A stretch of DNA of 64,000 bases from Macrostomum lignano (taxonomy: Eukaryota), in NCBI GenBank assembly GCA_002269645.1, contig NIVC01002065.1:143744-207743 (forward strand), in the 5' to 3' direction. Shown piece after piece: positions 37,636-49,856 of this stretch (positions within the stretch are counted from its first letter, which is position 1; each line of letters opens with the position of its first letter). The position numbers and the translations under genes are program-made. The notes below the pieces were generated by a model that was not told the origin of the DNA, searched no databases, and saw only the letters and a list, made by a program, of their open reading frames with translations.

Positions 37636-38756
37636 AGTTCACTTTTAAGTTTACCTAGATAGAGATAGTTTATCTAGCTTACGTAGACAGTACAAGCATT
37701 GGTTCAATTTGCATGCAATAACAGTACACACAGTGAATGATGTCACAGGTAAATTGCATTTAGTAGTGCAGTTTTATTTTTGAAACTAACTCTTGGTGCA
37801 GTTTAATTAGCTCGTATTTTATACAGACAAGGCATTAGAGGCAGCATGATTTATATGCCATTGGCATGAGCGGAAGGGGTCGATTTGAAGTGACAAATGT
37901 ACTTTCGAGTCTGGAGTATGAGCAATTATAAAGCTTTGAGCAAAAAGTAAATAAAAATCAGTTTTAAATGGTCAAGCTATAACAAAAAATGCTAAAAAAT
38001 GTTGTGCGACTGTATGAATACAACTATTTCAGAGTTAGTTGCTTGCTTAGATTTTAAACGTACTTTAAAAAGTAAAAAAAACAATCGATGTCCGCGACTT
38101 CATTATTTCCCCAGCAGCACGCGAAAAAGACAAATGCGCGTATAAAATAAAGTTAAATAACATAATGCTTAGTAACTATGTTCGTATTACTAGAGCGAAT
38201 GACAGAAATCAGAAATAAGCTACTTGTAAAATATATCAAGTATGGATGAATTAATATTTGCAATGTATTCATAGTATTGCTGCACGGCGTTGATGCATGG
38301 ACAGACAAACAATGTAACCAGAGCCAGGCCCATCCATACACTCGTGCTATAACGTTGCTGCACTCCCAGCCGTGCTTTATAGTGCCTCATTGAAACCGAA
38401 ATATTTGTAACGTGCCACTTGTCACTTGTAGATTCTTAATGTAATGGGCCAATTTAGTACATTTACGCATGTATAGTATGCGCATACACTCGGCAACATT
38501 TAAAACGCAACACACTACGAGCGTGGTTCAAGAAATGCGCGTAACCTCCTCTTGCAAGTAGAGAGCGTTGAGTACGGATTCGACTTCAAGAGACGAAAGT
38601 CCGTTCCGTCTTTTTCGCAGTGATGGTCGACTCAGCTGGTATTCTTAGCTCATAGACGCAACGCAAACGTGAACAGAGAAGAGTACACGCTCGTTTGTTG
38701 CAGACGTATCTGCTCTCTTATGTCAACAACCACTTCGGTTGCGTATAGCAAACTGC

Positions 38757-38900
38757 ATATTGCAGGATGATAATGGCACCGGCGAACCGAGCAGCAGCAG
38801 CAGTCAGTGAGCTCAAGGATCAGCTGCGTATGCTCGGTGGCCTTCAAGATCCTCTGATATGAACCAAATTGAACATGTCTGGGACTTTATCAAGCGGGTG
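38757..38900 (+). pseudogene. Tc1-like DDE transposase remnant
   Basis: ILQDDN.(A)PA.R and WPSRSSDMNQIEHVWDFIKR match Tc1 QQDNAP.H and WP..SPDLNPIE.VW, with frameshifts. Confidence 0.7.
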
Positions 38901-40484
38901 TTCAACGGCAGAATTCGTTGCAGACAGTAGCTTGCTGAACTTAAAAAAACGCTAACGCTAAGCGGGAATGCAACGTCTAGTCAACGCCATGTTCTTGCGA
39001 GAGCTATAAGGCTATACACGCGTTTCTGAAGCTCGATTTGAACCATAGACTATGCGCTTTGGCTCTTCTGGGTTGATTTTTCTTCTATAGTTAGTGTTGC
39101 GTTTTAAATGTGGTCCAGTATATAGCTGGAACATGGTACTTTGGTATGTTATACCCACAGAATTTCTACACAGAATGCTGAACCAGCTGCTGTCTACGAG
39201 CTCATATTATGTAGAAAATAGAGCACGCTTGCTCGAGGGCGCTAAGTAAATAGTGCCCGGAAAATAGCGTGCTCTATCTCATATAGAGCATGTGTATATA
39301 CCCCATAGACAAATGGTTGAAAAATAAAGCCCGCAACTTGACTAACTGCTTGGAATAGCGGGCAATATAAGGCTCACACCATGCTCTATTGAGAATTAAA
39401 CACTATTTTTGCGCTGAATGGTTTCCAGAAGTAGTAGTATTTTTCATTGCCACCCAGAGAATATTGAGCATACATAGAATGCCAACATACGTATAGCTTT
39501 AAAAAGTAAAGCCGATTTTCGCGTTCCGCCGGGTCGCTTTAGACCATAGACTAAAAATATATTTTAAAAAATTAGGTGCTAAGAGCTAGAAGTATATATG
39601 CAATTAATTATTTAAAGTTCTCATTTCTACATGTATCCCCCTTTTGCCCCGGGCGAGTGTCTATGTGACGCATGTTTTCATTTATTTCCCTAGGTGAATA
39701 AATAATTTATTTCCCGCTGCCCCGCGGGCTGATAAATTCGAGACAACAACCATAGACAAACAGCTAGCAGCCAACATACCGAACGGGGGATACATATCAT
39801 ATTCCCCACTCATTTAGCTGTCTAGGGCCAAAAGCAGCCTTTTCCAGCCCTGGAGTCCTGATACATGAGCAGCTACTACAAATTTTTAAATAGATTTTAC
39901 GCCTTAGGATCTGGATCTTACAGGCCTACATTTTTAATCAGTGATGTGCAAATTTCCAAACCTCACCACAAGAAACCCGCCTACAGGAAAATCTAGGCCC
40001 GTAGTTTATTGGCTAATAACTAATGCTTTAGCAACGCATTTTTCTGCAGTCTGTGTATATTCTGTGGGTGTACCCAAAATCTAATTAAATTTTCTTGTGA
40101 ATAAAACTGCAACGCACGCCAAACATACAAAATCTTTTTTCAAAGTTCCGGCACAATTCCGTTTTATGCTTTGGATGCCGCAGCACGGGTCGGAGCTCGG
40201 AAGCGCTGTGCGCGAACAGGCAAATGGAATTATACCTGCAGAATCCCAGCTCCTGGAATTGTTCCCAGTTTAAGGAAAACCAAGTGAAGATTACTTCATG
40301 AGAATATATCCACTCTACCTAAGTGGATACAAAAGTATACAAGAGTACGCTCATATATGTACATAATATATGTATCAGTGAACTTAGGCCACAGTAGCAT
40401 CCAGGATTCGAATTGGAAAGCAATCCTGGGCACTAATACATGTATTGGGTGTCTCTTGGAAGGTGCCAATGTACAATTACTGCC

Positions 40485-41335
40485 ACTTGGTGGGCGCCCC
40501 TGTCTCTTAGTGGGCGCCTGTCTCTTGATGAGCGCCCCCTCTCTTGGTGGCGCCCCCTGTCTCTTGATGAGCGAGCGCTCCCTCTCTTAGTGGGCGGGCG
40601 CCCGTGTCTCTTGGTGGGCGCCCCCTGTCTCTTGGTGGGCGCCCCCTGTCTCTTGATGAGCGCTCCCTCTCTAAGTGGGTGGGCGCCCGTGTCTCTTGTT
40701 GGGCGCCCTTGTCTCTTGGTGGGCGCCCCCTGTCTCTTGATGAGCGCCCCCTCTCTTGGTGGGCGCCCTATCTCTTAATGGGTTCCACTGTCTCTTGGTG
40801 GGCGCCCCCTGTCTCTTGATGAGCGCCCCCTCTCTTGGTGGGCGCCCCCTGTCTCTTAATGGGTTCCACTGTCTCTTGGTGGGCGCCCCCTGTCTCTTGA
40901 TGAGCGCCCCCTCTCTTGGTGGGCGCCCTATCTCTTAATGGGTTCCACTGTCTCTTGGTGGGCGCCCCCTGTCTCTTGGTGGGCGCCCCCTGTCTCTTGG
41001 TGGGCGCCCCCTGTCTCTTGGTGGGCGCCCCCTGTCTCTTGGTGGGCGCCCCCTGTCTCTTGATGAGCACTCCCTCTCTAAGTGGGTGGGCGCCCGTGTC
41101 TCTTGTTGGGCGCCCTTGTCTCTTGGTGGGCGCCCCCTGTCTCTTGATGAGCGCCCCCTCTCTTGGTGGGCGCCCCCTGTCTCTTAATGGGTTCCACTGT
41201 CTCTTGGTGGGCGCCCCCTGTCTCTTGATGAGCGCCCCCTCTCTTGGTGGGCGCCCCCTGTCTCTTAATGGGTTCCACTGTCTTTTGGTGGGCGCCCCTA
41301 TCTCTTAGTGGTTTCCACTGTCTCTTGGTGGGTTC
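40485..41335. repeat. 21-bp GC-rich minisatellite (GTCTCTTGGTGGGCGCCCCCT)n with higher-order variants
   Basis: Direct inspection. Confidence 0.93.
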
Positions 41336-43480
41336 CAATTAATTTTAATAGTACTTGAATCACCTTGGCTTTATTAGCTTACCTTCATGTTACGACACCA
41401 TTCCGTTTTATATTTGGCTGCAGTAAATTCCGGCGACTTCTGCTTCTGAATCTGTAATTACATGTAATTTAACACTGCAGTATATTTCTAAGGACAGTGT
41501 AGCGCAGAATCATAAGATGTACTTACACATTCTTTGGTTGACATTATAGTATACCGGTATATCAATTGGCTTATACTTTCTAATATACTCCAGCAAAACT
41601 CAAATGAATTTTTCTTTCGCTTAGCTATGTTGAACTGAGGCTCCGCTTTTATTGTAGAGAAACGGTTGAGGTAGTTTGGGCTAGCGGTATGTACTCTGAA
41701 GACTGTACAGTCGAAAGCCCCCGCCGAACTGTGGCTGTGCCTAAGTTTGTGTGACCTTCTGGCTCGACCAATCAAACTGATCTGGGGCCTACGAGCTAGC
41801 TTTAAAATGGGGTTGGGGACTTGGGGTTGGAACTGGGGGGGGGGGATATGGCTTCCGTGAGAGATCGCGCCACCCCGCACGCCTAGCCACCCACCCAAGC
41901 CCACCCCAAGATCAAATTAAACGACTCTTTGTGTGAATTAAGGAGGCACAGAGTAATAAAACCAACGCGCTCGCTCTGATTGTGGAAAGTGGAACTAAAC
42001 TGAATGATTATCTAGACTCTAGAGATCTTATCTATGACTTGAGCCATCGGATCCTTTTTTGCACTAATGAGAATTATATGAAGATAAAAAGTTTAATTAA
42101 TATTAACGTGTGGTGAAGTACTAACATTCAGCAATTGTTTAAAATTAAAATTGACTTTTTCTTCTAAACGGAGGCCAATGCGAAAGTTTACTTAAATTAC
42201 GGAATACAAAATCCCGAGTTTGGCCAATGCCGGGATTCTCGAGATCGGGATATCCCGGACTTCAAAAATCCCGGGATTGTCGGGATCGGGATATATCCCG
42301 GACTTTGCCAATCCCGAGATTCCGACAACTTGGGCCGGGATCCCGGGATCCCGTGATTAAAAAAGTTTCTAATCTTTGTTGGTGCAATTTGGGTTTACGA
42401 GGCCATCTAACCTGATTTTAAAGGGCTTTCAACAAAAAAGTATGAGAACAAAATATTTTGCAAACAGAAACTGACAGTGTGCCCTGAATTGGAGTGTGAT
42501 GTACGGTCCAGCACGTCTAATGGTATTGGTATTAGACGTGCTTTTTTACATGCCAGTATCAGCTCAGGAAAATCACACTTGATTGTGATGTAACCTGGGG
42601 AATGATAGCTTATAGAACTATGGCCCGAGGACCGAGGTACTGGGATAACAGGCTAGGGGATCAGACATCACCCCTCCAGGGGCACCCGCCCTAGATGGAG
42701 AACTGGTAGCTTGGGTTGTGGTCCGATAGCAAGGTCCCAAGCTGTTCTAATACCAACTACGGCCAAGGAGTTTTGAAGGTAGGGACTGCTTAAAGTACAT
42801 GTAGTTCTGCCACCAACCCGATGCTGGGCATCGAAAGGGTGTCCGATAGTGCTAAGAATGAGATCTTTCGCATAAGGGGGGCTTCTGATCTGCGCAAGGT
42901 CGAGACCCCCTGATTTTAGCTGGGTTTGAAATAGAGGGAATTAATTCAAATGAACAATGATTTGACTCCCGTCTTGCAAGCTATAGCGCTGTGATCGGCA
43001 ACAATGAGTAATTGGCTTCTATTGCTCTAGACTCTGTGCACAGGTTTTAGAATAATAACTACATTAGTCTGCGAGTACCATATGCATACAGTTGCACGTA
43101 CATTGTTACACCTGAAATCTCCTACGATCTGCCAACAGCTTCAGTTTTGTATCCCTGCTGCCCTAGCCTCTCACTAGCCTGCATGTTTCAAAGATTAATA
43201 AATCAAAGCAGGACAACTGGGTTATGATTTTCACCTGACATGTACCTCAGCTGCAGATGCTACTACTCCAGAATGAATGATTGAATTATTGCAAACCGGG
43301 ATCAGGATCCAGATGGTCAATCCCGGGATTTTCGAATCCCGGACAAGTGTGATCCCGGGATTTAGAATCCCGGGATTCAGGCATGATCGAAATCCCGGGA
43401 TTTCCCGAATGCCGGGACTTTCGTGATCGGGATATCCCAGACTTTGCCAATCCCCGATCCTGACGAATAGGGCCGGGATC

Positions 43481-43913
43481 TGGGTTTTTGGGCTATACGG
43501 GTTTTTTTGGCCCCTTGAAAATCTCATTGGCAACATGATTTTTGGCATCAGAGACCAATCTGGCAACTTCATTTTCCCCGTGCCAGTTGCCAATTTCAAA
43601 AACGATTTTGTAAGTGCAATAAAAGTGCCATATGAATATGAATTGATATGATGGAATTATTAGTTTGTTATTCTTTGCAGCATAGATAGCAATCTTAGAG
43701 TTGAGAGAACAAACAAATTTCTGCTTTTCAAACATTATCCATCCTCGAGAATTTGGCTAGTTGCCAATGGGCAACCGAAAATAGCCATTGGCAACTGGAT
43801 TTTGAGCCCCAAGGGCTCAAATCCCAAATTGGAAAGCAATCCTGGGCACTAATACATGTATTGGGTGTCTCTTGGAAGGTGCCAATGTACAAGAGCCCCA
43901 AATTTCCAACCCA
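43481..43913. mobile_element. Small TIR insertion (TGGGTT...AACCCA) with 8-10-bp target duplication
   Basis: GGCCGGGATC at 43471-43480 and 43914-43923; segment absent from copy A. Confidence 0.65.
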
Positions 43914-44509
43914 GGCCGGGATCCCGGATTGAAAAAGGTTCTAATCATTAATTCTTGGTGCAATTATGGGTTGCAAAGTCACCTGATCTACTCGTAATTA
44001 TAAAGGGCTCTCAATAATAAAAGTAGAACAGACTAGGATATTTTGCCAACAAGAAACTGACAGTGAACTCTAAATTGAAGTACGATATACGGGCTGGCGT
44101 AATGAAAGTGCTTTTGTACAAGCCAGTATACAGCTCATAAAAATTGTAACATCACACTTGATTGTGATGTAACCTGGAGGAATGATAGCCAGAGCTATGG
44201 CCCGAGGTACTGACTGATACCCGGGTAGAAGGGAATCAGACCTCGTCCTCCCAAGGAAACCCGTCCTAGATGGATAGTATAGTAGAGAATATAATAAGAG
44301 ATAGTATAGTAATAATAGTACAATAATAGTAAATAGTAAATAATAGTATAATAATAGTATAGTAAGAGAGTAAACGAGTATAGTAGCTTGGGGTTGTGGT
44401 CCGATAGCAATTGGTCCCATTGTTCTAATCCCATCTACGGCCATGGAGTTAAGGGACTCAGGGACTTCTTGAAGTAGTTCTACCACCAACCCTATGTTGG
44501 GCATTCAAA

Positions 44510-45959
44510 GAGGGAGATCGACAGTTGACCGCCAAAATTTGACCGCCGCAATTTAACCGCCGCAATTTGACCGCCGACAATTTGACCGCCACAATTTGAC
44601 CGCCGCAATTTAACCGCCGACAATTTGACCGCCGCAATTCGACCGCCGCAATTTAACCGCCGCAATTTGACCGCCACAATTTGACCGCCGCAATTTAACC
44701 GCCGACAATTTGACCGCCGCAATTTAACCGCCGACAATTTGACCGCCGCAATTTAACCGCCGACAATTTGACCGCCGCAATTTAACCGCCGCAATTTAAC
44801 CGCCGCAATTTGACCGCCACAATTTGACCGCCGCAATTTAACCGCCGCAATTTGACCGCCACAATTTGACCGCCGCAATTTAACCGCCGACAATTTGACC
44901 GCCGCAATTTAACCGCCGCAATTTAACCGCCGCAATTTGACCGCCACAATTTGACCGCCGCAATTTAACCGCCGACAATTTGACCGCCGCAATTTGACCG
45001 CCGCAATTTGACCGCCGCAATTTGACCGCCACAATTTGACCGCCGCAATTTAACCGCCGACAATTTGACCGCCGCAATTTAACCGACGCAATTTGACCGC
45101 CACAATTTGACCGCCGCAATTTAACCGCCGACAATTTGACCGCCGCAATTTAACCGCCGACAATTTGACCGCCGCAATTCGACCGCCGCAATTCGACCGC
45201 CGCAATTTGACCGCCACAATTTAACCGCCGCAATTTGACCGCCACAATTTGACCGCCGCAATTTAACCGCCGACAATTTGACCGCCGCAATTTAACCGCC
45301 GACAATTTGACCGCCGCAATTCGACCGCCGCAATTTGACCGCCGCAATTTAACCGCCGACAATTTGACCGCCGCAATTTAACCGCCGCAATTCGACTGGG
45401 ATATTTGGGACCAATTCAACAATTTGATCGCCGTATTTTCTGCGGCGAGGGTGGTAATTCTTTAGAATTGTGAATATGCTAGCTGTTATTTCGTTATTTG
45501 AGACTTTTGGAGGAAGTGAAATTTCCAGATAGTTTTAAAAATGCATACGGGCAATCTATAATCACAGGAAGGGTTTTTCTAAGATCTTCTGGTAGAAAAT
45601 CCCTTAGATACTATCCCTTAGACTTATACTGTAGACTGTGCAAATAGTACAAATAGACTGCAAAGCTTTAATGTTGAAGTGCCGTAAATTTAAAAAGAAT
45701 TATAATCTTTTGCCCATTCTGAGCATCGGATCTTTTTTCCTGCTGTAGAGGTTCATTCATTCATAAAATGCTACTGTAAGTAGAGTAACGGATACACTAG
45801 CAGCAAAACCTAAACTAATAATCATGTTACTATTGACATTTTGCAAAATTTGCCTATAAATGCAAGCTAAAATCCGAGCTGAAATCTCAGACTCAGAGCA
45901 GCCTCGGAGCAATAGGCGGTGGTGGTCAAGTTGCGGCGGCCAACTGTCGTAGATCCATC
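44510..45959. mobile_element. Non-autonomous TIR element with expanded 14-bp subterminal array (AATTTGACCGCCGC)n at ~44527-45395
   Basis: Ends GAGGGAGATCGACAGTTGACCGCC / GGCGGCCAACTGTCGTAGATCCATC; flanks CAAA/TAAA; segment absent from copy A. Confidence 0.75.
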
Positions 45960-46303
45960 TAAAGGTTGTCCTGACAGTGCTGAGAATTAATTAGGTCTTT
46001 TAATCCACGCAAATAGGTCGAGACTCGAGACCCCTGATTTTAGCTGGGTTTGAAATAGAGGGAGAGTTGAAATGAACAATAATTTGATTCCTATCTGGCT
46101 AGCGCTGTGATCGGAAACGATGAGGGATTAGTTCTATTGTTTCAGGCTCTGCACAGGTTTTAGAATAATATAACTACATTACTCTGTGTCTGCGAGTACC
46201 ATATATGCATACAGCATGTATACACCTAAAATCTTCTTACAATCTGCCAACAGGTTCTGTTTCGTCTTGCAGCCTTAGCTTTTCTACTCACTAGCCTGCA
46301 TGC

Positions 46304-47164
46304 GTAGGAACGGGGGGCAGTGGGGCCATGCCCCCACTTTTTAAAGTGGGGGGGGGGCAGTAATGGTCTGGCCCCTCCACATTTTAAATGTAAAATGTAG
46401 ACTTCTTGATTAATTTTGGTTTTTGCTGCTTTGCATGAATGCATTTTTTCTGCAGGGCGACAAAACATAGCGCCCGTAGCGCCAAAATGAGTGGCTGCAG
46501 CGCCAAAATGAGTGCCTGCGGCGCCAAAATGAGTGCCTGCCGCGCTAAAATGCGGGCCTGCGGCGCTAAAATGAGTGCCTGCGGCGCTAAAATGAGTGCC
46601 TGCGGCGCTAAAATGTGTGCCTGCGGCGCCAAAATGAGTGCCTGCGGCGCCAAAATGAGTGCCTGCGGCGCTAAAATGAGTGTCTGCGGCGCCAAAATGA
46701 GTGTCTGCGGCGCCAAAATGAGTGCCTGCGGCGCCAAAATGAGTGCCTGCGGCGCTAAAATGAGTGCCTGCGGCGCCAAAATGAGTGCCTGCGACGCTAA
46801 AATGAGTGTCTGCAGCGCCAAAATGAGTGCCTGCCGCGCTAAAATGCGGGCCTGCGGCGCTAGAATGAGTGCCTGCGGCGCCAAAATGAGTGCCTGCGGC
46901 GCCGAAATGAGTGCCTGCCGCGCTAAAATGCGGGCCTGCGGCGCTAAAATGAGTGCCTGCGGCGCTAAAATGACAAATGAATGCCTGCGGCGCTTTATAA
47001 AATGAGTGCTGACAAGATGGGTTCTGAAAATAATTGGTACATGATTATGTGCATTTTCCATATATTAAAATCTTACTCGACGGGGGCGTTCGCCCTGTGT
47101 CTCCCTAAATCCGTCACTGAACCTTTCCCTCCCTCCCAGTTTTTGAAACGTCCCTACGCCTATG
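46304..47164. mobile_element. hAT-like MITE carrying a 21-bp array (GCCTGCGGCGCCAAAATGAGT)n at ~46480-46995
   Basis: Perfect 8-bp TSD CTGCATGC (46296-46303, 47165-47172); ends GTAGGAACG / CGTCCCTACGCCTATG. Confidence 0.8.
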
Positions 47165-48580
47165 CTGCATGCTTAAAAGATTAATAAATCAAAGCAGGAC
47201 ATCAGCTGGGTTATGATTTTCTGACAAGTAGCTCAGCTGCAGATATACTGCTACTTGAGAATTAATGACTGATTTATTGCAAAGCAGTGTTCATGCAAAG
47301 CCCTATGCAGTCAATAAAGGCTAGTGGAGCTCCAACTAATGCAGCTTATAGCGGCACAGCACAGGTACAGCACTCAGGGTCAAGGCGAGCGCGCTTTTAG
47401 ACTCTCCTCAGAGACAATGCCAATGATGACGCGGAAAGGGATTTGTATTATTTAGAGGGATTGGGGATCGACTAGGGTGGAACCGGAGACTTTGCTATTG
47501 GTATTTAAGAAAGATTTGGGGAGTGGTTGCAGGGGACAGGGGCAGGGATTTGCTCTTGGGTTGGGGACAGGGGTTGGATATTTTCGGGATCCGGCTATGG
47601 TCATCCCGGGTATAAGAGTTAGAAATCTGAAGTTTTGACCCTAAGTTAGAAGATAGGTAGAAATTTATGAAATGCCCAGGCGCAGTGAAGGGCGAGGCAG
47701 AAGAGCACAATGGAACCCCTAGATAGCAATTAGAAGGGCAAACAGAAGCAGTTCTAAGATAATTAATCAACTGTCAAGTCAATTTGAATAGCCGAATCTA
47801 ATAAAGCCCCCTTCCATTCCAGTCAGTAGCGACACCCCGCCGCAGGAACAATGGCGACTAAACCGGCTGGGAAAAGCAAATTGAGCAGCGGCCAGCTTAG
47901 AGAACGACGCGGCATGCGGCAGACTCTGGCGCACCCTGAGGGAGAAAACGTGAGGCCCACCTTACAGATTCCTACCCAACCTGAACCGGCCCAAGAAGGC
48001 GAGATCAACCCCAAACAGCTTGACAACCGAGAGAGAGAGAGGACTGTTTAATCATCCATGGACAGAGTCAAGAGACGGAAAATTAAGCTCTTTTTCTATA
48101 ATCTTTCTATCCTAAATTTTTTCCAACTCAACACATAGATTTGCGAAAGCCCGAATAATCTCTAACCCTCACACTTAGCAACCTACTAGAACTAACTAAA
48201 TTCATGTACAACTAGGGGACTGAGTCCCAGATTGTGATCCCTGGGTTTAGGCCTAATCGAAATCCTGCATGGGATCGTATTGCCTAGTTGACTCCAGATT
48301 AACCGAACTCACAATTCGCTCAATCTGTATGCCACATGAAAGTCCTGACAAAGACTGTGCTAGTTAATAGCTTCCCTTTGAATCTGGGTGTAGTGGGAAT
48401 TCGGCGAATCGGGAGTAAACCCATTTGACACTCTATAGTCTAGATAGTCCGTCAGTTTACCCCCACGCCACCAGGACCCCGGGTCCTCCACGTCGAAGGG
48501 ACCCGGGTGTGTTAAGGCAGGCTGATCCTAGGGCTTTGCCGAGCAGATTCGTTGGCGCGGCGGTTCTGCATGGTGTGACC

Positions 48581-49010
48581 ATAACAACAACAACAAAATA
48601 CGCGACCCCGCATGCACAGTCAACAGTTAGAGCAGGGCGCGTCAGATGGCGCGCCGCAGAGCCTGGGAGCGAACAAAGTCAGCTCGGCAGTGTCGGGCGC
48701 CCCAGCGTCGCACAGCAGGCAGTCCACGTATCGACGGGTTCGGGCCTAACCCCGCCTGAACGGACCCCGCAAGGTGAGCAGCAGGACGTCCTGAGCAGGT
48801 TGGGGGCAGTAGCCCTCGGCCCGGATCACGTGGCTCGCCAGTTGAAGTCGCCGCCGGCGCAGGATGGTGAACGGGCGCTGCAGCTTGGCCCGATCGGTCC
48901 CGACGCCTCGGTCCCGACGCCTCGGTCCCGACGCCTCGGTCCCGACGCCTCGGTCCCGACGCTCTCGTTAGCTCGAAAGGCCGCATGGAGCAGCCCTGAG
49001 TGCGCCGAGT
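48581..49010 (-). mobile_element. 5'-truncated RTE-like LINE 3' end with (TTG)n tail and internal 14-bp repeats
   Basis: Minus strand reads TILRRRRLQLASHVIRAEGYCPQP..LLLTLRGPFRRG.ARTRRYVDCLL, then TTGTTGTTGTT. Confidence 0.7.
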
Positions 49011-49856
49011 TGATGTGTTCCTTGTTACCCGACCGACTTTCGGTAATCAAAGAACAATCACTTCTAGCTCTGTAGCTAGGCAACCCAGTAAGTCAATGAA
49101 GGTATTTATTACCTTGAGTACTGATCAGTTGATCTCTTCCTGAGCGTTGTTCTCGCTAGTAGATCTTAGGGCGCCTCTCGTCGGTGTCTGGTCCGGTCCT
49201 CTTTGTCCTCTCTGACTTCTGGCCGGCCGGTATCTGTAGTTCGGACCAATCGGAAGCTTCGAATTAACAATGGGATCCCTGCGCCAAACTGCGGTATAGT
49301 ATAAGCCTACTCCTTCTAGCAGTGCCTCTTCGCACTCTAGGAATAGCTCCGGAGACCACTGATAGCCTTCTAAGATCTATCAGGGGCAGTCCTTCTGGAG
49401 ACTGCAACCAGTGGAGTCTAAACAGACTCTCTAAAGTTGTGATTATTGAATGGCAATAGGCAAAAAGAAAGTGAAAAATTGTGCAAAGTGAAGCTGTAAG
49501 GCAGTCAAACATTCAGGATTCAGCAAAGTTAAATAGTTATACTGCTTTTTTTCTTGGAAGATCCGAATCGATTCTGGTTCTGGAATTGGTTAATGTGAAA
49601 AGCTCCAATGAATCGTTATCGTAATTACGTTTTGATCGTAGGTCCACGAGTTTAAAAATTTATTAAAACACGCACGTGCAGCTAGAAATTGTTTGTAAGC
49701 GTGCATGCCCGCTGCTGCACTACACTTACACTGTAAGTAGACCTTAGACAGGGTGTAGGTCGAAGACGAATAGACGATAAATAAGTTACATAGCCTAATC
49801 ACGCATTCATAATTATTTGTTTTTATCCTTATTCCATTCCATATCGGCATATGACA
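49011..49856 (-). mobile_element. Older LTR related to the intact gypsy element, inverted orientation; right boundary inferred
   Basis: 49011-49430 is the reverse complement homologue of the LTR 3' half (...GGAACACATCA end). The candidate TG start at 49856 gives ~846 bp. The U3 part is not alignable by eye. Confidence 0.7.

Larger units (their letters stand above)
42215..47285. repeat. Diverged tandem duplication of a ~1.1-kb unit; copy A ~42215-43300, copy B ~43310-47285 expanded by nested insertions
   Basis: Collinear blocks shared by both copies, e.g. TCACACTTGATTGTGATGTAACCTGG, GACCCCTGATTTTAGCTGGGTTTGAAATAGAGGGA, AAAGATTAATAAATCAAAGCAGGACA. Confidence 0.8.

Noticed and set aside
36420-37900. 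Candidate downstream exons of the LOTUS gene
   Set aside because: Splice-like sites exist, but the translations are short and show no Tudor or other domain similarity.
39218-39795. Short inverted repeats (ATAGAGCACGCT/AGCGTGCTCTAT; TGTATCCCCC/GGGGGATACA)
   Set aside because: Arms are only 10-12 bp with no clear TSD; probably MITE debris, and boundaries cannot be supported.
47290-48580. Possible gag-like or other coding remnant next to the older LTR
   Set aside because: Only short ORFs without recognisable motifs; cannot be assigned.
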